NCBI GenBank assembly: GCA_023213395.1
Contig: CM041465.1
Coordinates: 221,161,741 to 221,225,740, forward strand
Source: Cycas panzhihuaensis
Lineage: Eukaryota > Plantae > Cycadophyta
Direction of reading: 5' to 3'
Length of the DNA stretch: 64,000 nucleotides
Shown here in pieces: positions 25,900-38,600 of this stretch. Under the pieces are notes generated by a model that saw nothing but the letters and a program-made list of their open reading frames with translations, did not search any database and was not told the origin of the DNA. Position 1 is the first letter of the stretch. The number at the start of each line of letters is the position of its first letter. Both the position numbers and the translations under genes were made by a program.

Positions 25900-27517
25900 T
25901 GTGGATGTTATTATTGTACGTTATCTTTAATCTCCAAAGTGGCTTCTTCTAGATTTAGGTGCTACCATGGTATATTTACCTACTTTGAGACTCTAATTAT
26001 CTAAGATTTTTATTAGTTCTTTAAATTTAAGAATTAATATAGCCACAATGTTAATCTAATCAAAGATATATTTTGAATTAAGTATATGCTTCTTTAATAA
26101 GAAAACATAAAAGATATTATACACTTAGATATTTGGAGGAAGAGTAAGTTTGTTAGCTACTTGACTTACTCATTCTAAGACTTCAAAAGGGACATAATAT
26201 CTTAGTAAGAGTTTCTTATATAAACCAAGGTAGAATGATCTATGTTTAGGCCTTACTCGAAGGGATACATGATCACCCATTTGAAATTCTTTTACTATCC
26301 TCCTCAAAACTACATATCTCCTATATTGATCATGGGCTAATACTTTAACTACTACCCTATATTGATCACTTGTATTTCCATTTTCTATAATATTTCTAGA
26401 CCAAGTACATGTATATCCTCTAAGTTTTATTAGCTTAATAACATGTTACATCTTCTACCATAGAGCGCTTTGAAGTGGTTCATTCCCATTGAGGAAGACA
26501 TTATGTTATTATAAGCAAACTCAATAAGTGTAGGTGATTTTCCCAGCTAAATGATTGCTCCATTATATACATATAAAGTAGGTTTTCAATCACCTGGTTA
26601 ACTTATTCAATCTTCCCACTAGTCTCTAGATTGTATATTGTACCAAATCTCAATTAATACTCATCTCCTAAAATGTGGATCACTATAATTTAGAGGTAAA
26701 TTTAAGATCTCAATTTAATACTATGGCTTTTGGCATATCATATAGTTTGATAATTTTTTTTATGAAGATGGATATAATATCTAATATAATAAATGTCATG
26801 TGGAGTGGAATAAAGTAGGCTAATTTGTTTAATTTATCTATAAGCATCATAATAGCATTATGTTGTCTATTGCTCTTTGGTAGCCCTATAATTAAGTCTA
26901 TTATGATTATCTCCTACTTCCATTCTAAAATTTCTACTATCTACAATAGTCCTATTGGATGTTGATGTCTAATCTTGACTCTCTAGCATGTTAAGAATTT
27001 CATGACAAAGTCCATGATATCTTTCTTTATTCCCAACCAATAGAATTATCTCTTTACTATTGCATGTGTCTTACGATAACCAAGGTGCTCTATGTATGGT
27101 ATGGTATGGGATTCTTGCATAATTAAATCCCTAATTTTTGGGTTTGGTAGAATATATATCGTATGCTAGTATATCAATGCACTATTTTCTAATATATGAG
27201 ATCCTACATACCTTCTTTGAATCCTAGCATCTACATTTTACTAAGCTTATTGCTCTTCTAAGACTATTTTCACCTATTTATAAAATTTATCTTCTTGATA
27301 AGATTTTAAAATTGAATTAAGCATATTAGTCTAACACATACTTATCGAAGCAACATGTCATCTCTAACTCAAAGAATCAACAACTCTATTATCTTTACCT
27401 TTAACATATTATAACTAGAAATTGAGCCTTTTGAGACACTCTACCAAGGACAACTGAGTAAACATGTATCTCAAAATTTTATGGTTAGTGTGGAGTTCAA
27501 ATTTTTTCCTTAATAAG
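25900..27517 (-). pseudogene. pol: Tekay-like RNase H end, integrase and chromodomain (decayed)
   Basis: LLRKKFELHTNH and chromodomain-like W*HLNLEEATLE. A purine tract then LTR start TGTAAAGACC at 25842(-). Confidence 0.75.
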
Positions 27518-30500
27518 TGAAATTACACCTTTTTTTTTTTTAGGGGGGAGTGGGGCGTGGGGTAACTAAATTTGGACGAGATCAAGCTAAATAATCAAAG
27601 ATTGCAGTGGCTAGAGACCTATAGTGGAAAGTGAAAGCAATCACCTACAAAGGGTGTCTGTGTGTCGGAACGCAGGTTCAGGACCCACAAATGGGACATA
27701 AACTCCTTTGAGGCAACTCTTCCTTGATTTGGAGGGATAGGAGGATGAGGGATCTCCTCAGTTTTTGGGGTAACCTCAAAAGAGGCCCTCTCATTCTTGG
27801 ATGGCTGAAGGAGGGAGAAAAAAAGAGAATAAAGGAATGGCTCTTCATGTGGAAGGGGTATGGGAGGAATAACTTTTAGTAGGAAAGAGGAAAAGGCACA
27901 CACACATAGGTGGTCAAGAGGATGGCTAGTTCCATGAGCTAGATGTTGGCCCGAAGGCCAAACTAAGGAGTCTAACCAAGAGAGGTGAAGAAAGTAAGTA
28001 AATGGCCTTGAGAAGGGGTTCCCCCAAGGTGATAAACCTAAGAGGATCTTAGGAATGGCGAATCAACGAAAGAGGTTATCTGTTATGTTTGTGTTTGTTT
28101 AGTTCAAAGTAAAGAGATGTAAAATAAAGGTGTGGTGTGTATCACAATGTTGGATCCTTATGCTAAAAAGATTACTTTTAAAGTAAGACAATAGTATAAA
28201 TCTCTCTCTCTCGTTTATCTATACATCTAACCTCTCTCTCTTTAGCTTTTGAATGTAAGAAAGGGTGATCATAAAAGATTGGTATATGGCACAAAGCATA
28301 TGCAAAGGATGCAAGGTTGCTAGATGACCATGCAACAAGATGGGAGAGATGTAGGCATGCAAATACATAGATTTCCACTACATGCGCTTTGTAAAGAAAC
28401 AAGCAAACAAATGAAGTACAAGAAGCCTATGCTAATCCTTTTTCTTTTCCTTTTTTACCAAATGACATTCAATTGAGGGGGAGAAAGTAAGAAAGGAAAG
28501 TTAGGAAAAGAGAAGTGTACCTAGAGTATGGTGGCCAAAGTAGCGATACCCTTGTTATGGTCATGATCCTAGTCCTTCTCCAACCATGGATGGCACGATG
28601 AAAAGAGCACCGGTGAAGAAGGGGGCTTCCTTACTTTCCCCCAAGATCAAAAGAAAGAAAAAAGGAAAGTGGTGCAATGAAATCTAAAAGTAACAACAAC
28701 TCTAACTTACAACTCTAAAAGCAAGAGAAGTGACCATTGAAAGGAGGGGAACATACTTGAAATGGAATCCCCTTTTGCTCTCCGAGCGAAACAAGGAAAG
28801 CTGCAACCAAACAGGGGTTTCCCTTTCCCAAAAGGTGCCAAATATATGTAGGATAGATATGCAATAAAGAAAGTGACGTAATACAACTATCTTAGCTAAA
28901 AAGAAATATGTTTTCTACCAATATCACTCTTTGTATTTTATATATTATTTAGCACATAATGTAGGAAAAGGGGGAAAGAGAGAGAAGGGAGGTGGCTAGC
29001 CTTATAATGGCTAACCCTCTAAATCAGAGGTTCTTTGCACTGCCCCCAAGTACCAGCATGAGAGAAGAGATAAGTGCAACAGACTTTGAAACATAAGCAA
29101 AGAAATGATAAACAATATTGCAAATGTTGTCAGCGTTGTAAAAGCTGCAACATGCAACTTTTGCAAGTTCTACAAGACTCAACCCAAGTAATAAAAAAGG
29201 GGGATGGAGTGGGGGTTAAAGCTCCACTCGTGTAGGATCTACTGGGCTAGTAGCAAGCAGAGCAATGGGCTACCTACACTACTTCCAGTGATGATCTTCC
29301 TTCGATTGACCCTTTGGGAACTCAAGGGAGGCACCGAGAAGGAAGAGGTGAGGAGAGAAGGGGGCTACCCTTGAGGAGAAGGCTTGTTGGGTATGGAGCC
29401 CCACCTTTGATCCTTTAACTCTTCATAAATGCCTCTTCCTTACTACCTCCTTGAAGAAACCAGAAAAGAGCAGGAAGGAGAGAAGAAATAGGCAAGAAGG
29501 GGAGGGTTTTCCTCCCATTTACTATAGGAAGGAAGAGAAAAATTGCTACAAGTGTATTGATAAATAATATTTGTGTTGCTTAAAGGAAGGGAAACAAAGT
29601 ACTAACTTAGAAATACCTGTTGTGGACAGATCTGAGGTAGATCCATCTGTGGAATAGGATAGAGCAACCAACCATGTGGGATTTACAAGTGGAAACCCCA
29701 ATAGAGCAGCAAGCTGGAAGAAAAACTAAAGTGAGGAAGATGATTGGTACTTGATGGAGTGCTTGGAGCATGATCTTCCCTTGGTCAGCCACATTGCATG
29801 CCTACTTGTGTGTCTGGAGCTACAAGAGGTTAGTAGCTGGATGAGAAGTTGATGTAGTAGGTTTTATCATGTTTCAGGGCATTTTTCAGAGAAGTGGTAG
29901 AAAAAAATAAGTGAGAGAGAGGAAGAAGAGAGTGAAATGAGGTTGTTTTTGGGTTTTTAAACCCAACCCTAGCTCAATCGAGTGAGTAGGATTTATCATA
30001 GGTTGGGAATAAGTTGCTACCACATGGTAATTTCGCAATAAATGTGAAATTAGCCATAGCAAACTTAAAAAAATAAATGTAGATAGTCGCCTCATCGTAA
30101 ACTTAGTGGTAACACAAAGTTTATAGTGGTAATGCAAAGTTTAATATGGCGTAGTAGAAACAAGATAAAAATAAAGGGAGGAGAGCTTGAGGGCTCTAAA
30201 AGGGGGGAAACTTAAGCCCAAAGAAATATGGTACCTTACCTAGGTGGCAGGAAGGAGTTGAAAGGCCTAGGGAGGCCACAACGAATAAGTAAGAAAGGCA
30301 AAAGGTTACCTAAAAGGATAACCAATGGACGCAGGATGATAACTAAGCCTAGACAAGGTGCTAGGGTTATGGTATGCTGACGAGTGATGTGATTGGGCTA
30401 CGAAAACTAAATGGTACTTGGGAGCATTGTGGAGGCAAGGAGGAGGGTTATGGAGTGCCATGGGATATGTATCCCTAGATTGTCATAGGCTTAAAAGTGT

Positions 30501-30681
30501 TGTGATGTAATATAGTCAAGCAATGGATGCATAATGGTCATGCAATAAGTCAGTCATCGTGCAAATGTAGATGAAGTGCTTTAATCAACCTTTCCTAGAA
30601 CTGATAATGGTAAGGGATAGAAGCACACCTATACTTACCTAAGTCGATTCGCCCATACCCATTCCCAGTAGCCAGGAAACA
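27518..30681 (-). repeat. Tat-like 3' LTR
   Basis: Colinear with 42435-45561; the ORF-track peptides are duplicated (e.g. MCAFSSFLLKVIP). Confidence 0.93.
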
Positions 30682-31199
30682 CTACTCCCTTAGCAGCAGA
30701 GCCTCGTTGCTTGGAAGCATAACACGATGCCGAATGCTAGCAACAAAATGTTAGTAATATATATATATATATAACAAATATGATAATGATATGAGACAAG
30801 GTCGATAGTGAGTGTCGTGGAAGGATGCATGGATAGGGAGATGAGAGAGAGATGACATGGGGGTTGCTTATGCGTCACCCTAAAGTCAATAGGTAGATAA
30901 AACAAATAGGGGGATGCCCCCATCGTGTGAGTGAAAAATGAATAATGGGGATAATCATGAACATGATCAAATAGACGCTATGAACGAGATGTTATATATA
31001 TAAGGGAGCTAGAAAAATAAGGACTTTGTACTAGGGGTAGTATAAATGGTAGGGTAAAGAGAATAAACCTGAAGGTCACCATAGTTTAACCTCATTAGTG
31101 GTCAATTTTTGGAGGTGCGAATGGATCGCAAGATGGGAGAATGAGGTGACTCGAAACTTGGGTGCCTAGGCGATTGGATAGGTTCCTCAAGGGGGATCA

Positions 31200-31625
31200 T
31201 TGAGGAGAGGGAGGTGACACCTGAGGATAATACAGATGAGGCCATCTACCTCAGCGTTGCAGTCCTGAGGGATATGTTAGATATTAATGAAAGAGAAACA
31301 AGACAAAAGGAACCTCGCAGTCAAGGTGAGGGCTATCAGGCATGGGCAATACACCTGGTAAACCTGAGTGAGATGAGATACCATGACATGAGAGTCACGA
31401 AGGAGGATGATGGGTCCACGATGGAAGTGAAGCGCATCGGTGAGGGCTTCAATAACAATCGTGTACTCAACTTTGTTATTGATGGCTTCGGGAAAGAAGA
31501 CCCTATAATGCATGTAATCATATTCGGAGGGGTTATGGAGGATCCACACGGCTGCAGAAGGGCTTAGGTTTCCATGACTTCCACCATCGGTAGGGCTTAG
31601 GTTGCCATGACTTCCACCATGGCAA
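31200..31625 (-). pseudogene. Stand-alone 'archaeal-type' RNase H (aRH/RVT_3-like)
   Basis: TDGGSHGNLSPSAAVWIL...INNKVEY...LRDSHVMVSHL...HIPQDCNAEVDGL matches the DGxSxGNPG / NNxAEY / GDSxLV / HIxRxxNxxAD motifs. Confidence 0.85.
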
Positions 31626-32717
31626 GAGAGATGAGGGTCTTATTGAGATGGACGAGAAAGAAGAGCGATGACATGGTCGATGACCAAAGAAGGGTGTGAG
31701 AGGTAGCATCAGGGCTACAAAGTACTTGGAAGGCTAAAAATAAGGGTCATGGAGGACAAGAGAGCCCTAAAAGGAGGCTACTTAGGGATAAGGAGACTGA
31801 CTCAATGAAAAGGAAGGAAACTGCAATAAAAAGACCCCTTCAGAGTCCCAAAAGTTGCTAAAAGGGCCTCGACGAGGTCTAGGATGAGGAAGGCACTTCC
31901 TTTAGGAACCCAAAGGATTAAATGAGCGATAAAAATGGACCTAGGATGGTGAAATGGGCCAAAGGAGTATAAACATGGGTATGTTTTGGGATGGTGTGAA
32001 AATCAAGATGGAAGGGGTCTACGAGATACTGAAGAGGTCGTCATAAATGCACCAAGGAGGCTTAAAAGTGAGGCCACATAGGCAAACTGGGGGATGGGTC
32101 CATAAGGCTAAAATAGCATGAGAAAAGAGGTAGTCACAAGGGCTGTCACGATGGAAGAAAAGGAGGAAGTGCCCATCAGGACCCCCACCTATATAAAAGA
32201 AAAATGATAAAAATGGAATTTATTTTCACATGCTTACGATTGATCTAGAGCCCTTTCCCGTATGCAACGAAGTACCGCCTGACTTCGAAGGCACGCAGGA
32301 AGAGATCCAATTGTTGGATTGGGCTAAGGAGACAGCCAACGAGATCAAGATGATGAGATGGTAGTAGCGAGACCAAATCTAATTAGTGGATCACCTCATA
32401 CTTATTCCATTTCATCATTTGAATTTAATGAGTTTTTATATTTTTTGGAGTAGTTTTTTGCCCCTTAAGGGAAAATTGGGATCCTTTGGAGCCCGATTTG
32501 GGCCCAAAGAGGGAGAGGACCAGGGCATTAGGCAGCCCTAGTCCTAATGGGCCCAATTGTGGTCTATTTAGGCAAAAAATTGTTGGTCTTTTTGGGCACT
32601 ACCCCCCTTTTTGTAGGGGGAACGGTGAGCCCCGCAGCAAAAATTGTAATGCCGTAGAGTTTGCGACAGGGCCGCTGAGAAAATGTTAAAATCTCATCGG
32701 GGCCTGTGTCAAACTCC

Positions 32718-34699
32718 ATGGTATCATAGAGTTTAACATGAGGTAGGGAACATCAAATAGAAAGAAGAAGTAAAAGAAGCTTAGAAAGGTACCGAACTCA
32801 ACCTAGAGAGGAGGAGAGGTGACCTGAGGGTGTAGACTTTTTGGACTGGTTGTTGGGTGTTTTTGTAGGCGATTATCATGGTGGATAACCACAAAAACAT
32901 AGGGATTACGATGATGAGCTTCATTGAGATGATGATATGGGGGGATCAATAGACACTAAGGCGATATGGTCTACTGAAGATTATTAAGACATCATAGTAT
33001 GCTTCAGATCAATGTCTCTTAGTGGACATAGTCACCCATTAGGATCGCAAGCAGCATGTTTTCCATCTCCCCTAGGTGGGAGATGTTACGATCATACTAG
33101 GAGATATTATAAGGATCCTGGGCATACTAGCAGGAGGAGCACCAACATCACTAGGGACACTGCCTAGCAATGATGCTGCACACAGGGAGGTAGCCATATT
33201 TTTCATTCGCTAGGATAGGTGGGATCAACGAGGTGTATCGGCTTAGACTATGGTTATATCGTGAATTCCTTAGGTGAGGAAGTTGATCCCATTAGGTATT
33301 CTATTCTAGGTTTCTTAGAAATAGAACTATAGAGATATACCTGGCAGATGGATGGAGGCAGTTAGGAGGTGTGAGGCTCGGGAGAGACTAGATTAGGCTA
33401 CTCTGATAGCGGTGAACATGGTTTCCCAGTTAGATGCCATCAAGGTGATATGGAGAGGAGGATTCTCTTATTGCATGCTACTATAGTGCTAGTTCTTTGA
33501 TCATTTTGGGGTGGTAGCACCAATGGGAGGACCACACCCCATCTCGACGTGAGCTCCTATGGTGTATAGGTTGTGGACTTAGTTTAGAGGGACTGAGGAC
33601 TAGCCACATGTCAGGCGATTGGTGGAGGCGACATCGCTAGACCTCCTTACCATGGTAGACTATACAATGGATCCATATAAAGGAGTGAGGTGGGATAGCA
33701 ATAACGAGGTAGGAGGAGCAGGAGGTAGTCCCGAAGATGAAGATGATGATGATAGAGATGATGGGGCAGGCCCATCAGGACCAACAGGTGATGAGGTGGG
33801 TCCATCAAGGATCGCAAGAGGTGAGGTAGGGCTAAAGGAGGAGGTAGGCCATCCTGCACACTAATACAGAGATTAAGGGTGGTAGGTAGAGCTTAGGTAG
33901 TGGCAGTGGCAGTAGCAGTAGTGGCAAAGAGGGGAGGAGATACCCTAGCAGGCTAGGCGGTGGGCGAGGTGGTGCCTGAGGAGGAGGAGGTACCAATGGC
34001 TGAGGGAGGTCCCGAGGAAGAGGTGGTCATTTGAGTTGAGGAGCCGGCCATCCTAGGAGGTGAGACACTACCTTTTCCTGTCATCTTTCAACTACCAGGT
34101 ATTTAGATGGCTTGTTTTGATTTGGTTTTAGGATTTAATATACATATACATAGACTAACGCGTGGTATGTTTGTCTTGGCAGGAGTAGTGGGGATGGCAA
34201 GGTTGGTCAAGGTAATAGTCTGAGAGATGTTCCCCCAAGTCTACGTAGAGGGGCAACCTCCCATCTAGGCTGGAGAGGAGCCATGATTAGTGAGGGCACA
34301 CATAATAGCATTCACCCCACATATCAGAGCTAGAGATGTATAGGTAACAGAGTCCTAGGAGCACCAGGCAAGAGTTAGATAGCTACAGGGGGAGCTAGAT
34401 GGGATCTGCGTGGAGAGGGACTAGGCGATTATGGAGAGGGATACCTTACGTGGCTGGGTCTAGGCATTAGAGGCCCAGGGTAGAGGAGCAGTGGGCGATG
34501 ATGAAGAGGGTCACATTAGGATAGTCGTGCTGGAGGAGAGACTTCGAGGAGTGGAGGAGAGACTCTGAGAGGTGGAGGGAGAGAGGGATCATATCTAGGT
34601 GTGATACGATCAATTGGTAGACTAGGTGGAAGCAAGCTCATCGCGGAGTAGGACTTAGATGCACACGAAGGTGATGACCCCGAGGAGGCCTCAGGATGA
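32718..34699 (+). pseudogene. Antisense plant mobile domain (PMD)-like gene with acidic, possibly coiled-coil tail and a putative intron at 34099-34182
   Basis: 33007-33150 reads DQCLLVDIVTH*DRKQHVFHLP*VGDVTIILGDIIRILGI, matching the PMD motif W...TFHLPxGExTITLEDVxxILGL. Start codon position is uncertain. Confidence 0.75.
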
Positions 34700-35607
34700 A
34701 GGAAGCAACACTGATAGCTCATATAGGCATAAGAGGAGCCTAAGGGACATGTGGTCTCCTAGGGAGGGATCACACAGACTAGGAGATAAAACCTCTTAAA
34801 CACAGGAGTGTTAGAGAGTAAGGTATGATTAGTTTTGATTAGGAAATCATTAGACCTCTAAGGAGTCACCATATGTTACCACATGATTGTACTCCTCCCT
34901 GCAAGTATTCCAACTTCCTACGGATGATATACTATATTATTTTATATGATATGATTCTTTGTTTATACAGACGGGGGCCATTGGCACCCCATTTAATGTA
35001 TGATGATGATGTTATGATGGTGTATGATGATGTACTATGATATACTTGTTGTTTGTATATTTATATGTTTGTGTATGTGTAGACATAGGAGCACAAGTGT
35101 ATGATAGGATATACATCATGATAATTTAGTTGGTTGTTATATGACTTTTGTTATTGGATTACTTGGGTGATGCATACACTTCCTTTCATGTAAGGCGATA
35201 CTCGTAACAGGCACACATGACTACCATGAGCATAAGTGATAGATACGCGTGAAGCTAGGAGATGGGGAGCCATGCATGTCCATTGAAGGAGCATAGTGGG
35301 ATATGCAAAGGAAGCATCAGTGGGATAGAGAGAGTTAGGGTACTCATGCATGTAGTCCTAGTTGGAGTGTGTTTCCAAGCTTGGGAGCAACGGAAACCTA
35401 CATACCCAATTAGGAGGAAAGGTTTCCCAGGGAAGGGAAACAAAAGATACCATAGGAGGAACCTGAAAAGATAAGAAATCTACCCTAAGCCACTGTTCCA
35501 CCCATGGTTGGGGGGAATGAGGACATGCTTAGGGTGGTAGTTTAGGCTCATTTTAAAGCGTAAAAAGGAAAAAAAGGTGTGCCTAATCTACACAGGGGTA
35601 GAGATAG

Positions 35608-38600
35608 TCATACTAGGAACTTTCCATTGACAACTTTCTCAAATTCAAGACCCTCCAAGATTGTGATCCTGTAAGTGCTGTTATCAAGCCTCTTGAGAAC
35701 GACGAAGGGGCCAACCCATTTAGGTCCAAACTTAGACAAGCAATCATGGAGATATTCTAGCTTGAGGACATGGTCCCCTAAATGCAAAGGGTAGGTGTAA
35801 AGGCATTTGTTGTACATCCTCCATGCCTTAGTTTTAGAGGTGAGATTCGCTTGATAGGCAGTTAAGTGTTTCTCGTCTAGGGCTTTGAGATCTATGAGAT
35901 GGGCCTGGCGGTAGGACTCTTCGCCAACTAGACCCCAAAGGGAAACTCACAGAGACAAGATCTAAACTTCCAATGAGAGGACTGCTTTAATTCCATACAC
36001 AAGGGAGAATAGGATAATCCCTGTAGCTATGCAGATGGAGGTATAGTAAGCCCATAAGGAAGAAGGGAGTTGAAGATGCCAATCCTTTTGAGATTGGGTG
36101 ACAGTCTTCTTTAGGATATTTATGAGGGTTTTGTTAAATGATTCTACTTTGCCATTAGCCTGAGGGTAATAAGGAGAGGAGGTTTTATGAGAGATCTTAA
36201 ATTTCTCACAAAGCTCATCCATTTCCTTATTACAAAAGAGGGTTCCATTATCCATGATCAAGATGTCGGGGACCTCGAATCGACAAATGATGTACTAGTA
36301 GATGAAGGTGGTTATCGTCTTACTAGGGGTAGAGGATAGAGGGACCACTTCAGCCCATTTAGTAAAGTATTTTGTTGCAGTTAAGATGAACTTATGCTGT
36401 GATGAAGAAGGTGGGGTTATGGCCCTAATAAGGTCTAATCCCCATTGGGAGAAGGGCCGTGGAGATATGATAGGGTGTAAGGCATCGGAAGGTAAATGGA
36501 TGATGTTGGCATACTCTTCACATTGACAACATCACAAGGCATAGGCATGAGCATCCTTGAAGAGGAACAACCAAAAATACCCCATGTGAAGGATCCTTTG
36601 GGCCATGGATTGGCCTCTAAAATGCCCCCCGCAAATGTTGTTATGGAATTCATGAAGTATTTGGTTTGCTTCGCCAGTGTTGACATAGTAGAGAAGGATC
36701 CTATCAAAGGATCTCTTATACAATACCTTTCCCATAAGGAAGTACTACCTAGTAGTAGCCTGAATACATGACCCGACCTTATCACTCGCATTAGGATGAT
36801 ACTGATAGTCAGTGAGGTATCATACATTGTCCCCATACCACCTTCTATCAACCAATGGATGAGGGGGAGAATCTTGAATAGCCAAAATGGGTTCATCACG
36901 CAAGGAATCATCAACATGAGAGTTAGAAAGGTTTGGGATGGGAGTGTCAGCAAATTGTTCGGTAACCACCATCCCCTTCTTTAATTTCCTGTTAACAATT
37001 TGGAGACCAAACTCCTGAAGGAGGACTATCCACTTACCGATCCCCATTAGGTCGATCGGTCAAGAATACCTCAAGGGATTAGATTGGATAATCACCTGAG
37101 TAGTGTTTCCAAGGAAGTAGTGCCTAAACTTCTTCGTAGCATATCCCAAAGAAAGGCACTCCTTCTCAGTAGGGGAGTAATTAAGTTTAGCAGCCATGAG
37201 GGTGTGGTTTGTAAAGTAAATATCTCTTTCAGTTCCTGAGTCATCCTCTTGGGCTAGCATGACACCCAAGGATTCATTGGTGGTCAAGGTGTATAAGATG
37301 AAGGGCCTATCAAAGAGAGGAGACACCAAAGTTGGGGCAAAAGTGAGAGCTCTTTTGAGCTCCTTGAAGGCTTGTTGGGCCTTCGAAGACCAAACAAATG
37401 GGGCCACTTTCTTCAACAGGGTGGTAAGAGGTTTTGCATTTATAATGAAGTTCACCAAGAAACGCCTAAGAAATCCTAGCCTACCCAAGAATGACTTAAT
37501 TTGTCATTGGGTCTTAGGAGGCAACATGTCAAGGATGGCTTTTACTTTGTCAGGGTCAATTTAGATTCCCTGTTTTGAAACAAAGAAGCCAAGGAGTTTG
37601 CCCACCGTTATGGCAAGCATACATTTAAGAGGGTTTAGGCTTACATAGTATTTGCAGCATTGTGTGAAGATGGCCCATAAATCAGTTAGGATGGTGGGCC
37701 CTAATGCATGAGAGACCCATCATGTCATCCATGAAAACCTCAAGAGTGTTGTTAATAAGGTCATGAAAGACAAATTGCATCGCCCTTTGATAAGTGGCAC
37801 TTGCATTCTTTAGCCCAAAGGGCATCACCTTATAGGTTAAAGTGCCCCAAGGAGTAGTGAAGGCCATCTTGTGATGGTCTTTGGGAGAAATTTGGATTTG
37901 GTTATATCTCGAGAAGACATCCATTAAGGACATGACTTCAAACTTGGCAGTTCGATCAATGATTTGATCGATAAAGGGGAGATGGAAGTTATCCTTAGGA
38001 CGCACATTGTTAATGTCACAAAAATCAATGTATATCCTAATCATCCTATTCTTTTTGGCAACAGGGATGATGTTTGACACCCACTTGGGGTAGTCGATAG
38101 AAGTGATTAACCCTGCATTTAGGAGTTTCTTCACTTCTATCTTCATGGTAGTTGAGAGTTTGGGGTAAAGAGGGCATTATTTTTTATGCACGAGGCAAGC
38201 ATCAAGAATGATGGTGAGATTGTGGATGACAATAGAAGGGTCTATTCTCTTTATATCGGAGTAATCCCATGCAAATACGTCACATAATTCCTAAAAGAGA
38301 AGGGTGTATTCCTTCATTTCATCAGGAGAGCATTCTGTTCCCACCTTTATGACCTTACTAGGGGCAAGGACGACATCCTTGGTTGTCCCCATACACATAG
38401 CATTCCCTTCCTTGAAGTGAAGGGGTCTTAGCCAACATGAGGGGGCAAAAAAGAAGATGGGTTTGGGTTAGCTAAAGGTGACCTGATAGCTAGGACCTTC
38501 TGGTGACCAAACCTATGGTGACTAGGAGGGAGATTGGGCATAGAGCCCACCAAATGCTCAAGCAAGGCCTCATCATCCTCGAAGCAGTCTACCCCATGGA

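Noticed and set aside
27619-30137. Short ORFs duplicated at 42514-44875
   Set aside because: They lie in LTRs, have no domain similarity and are explained by LTR duplication
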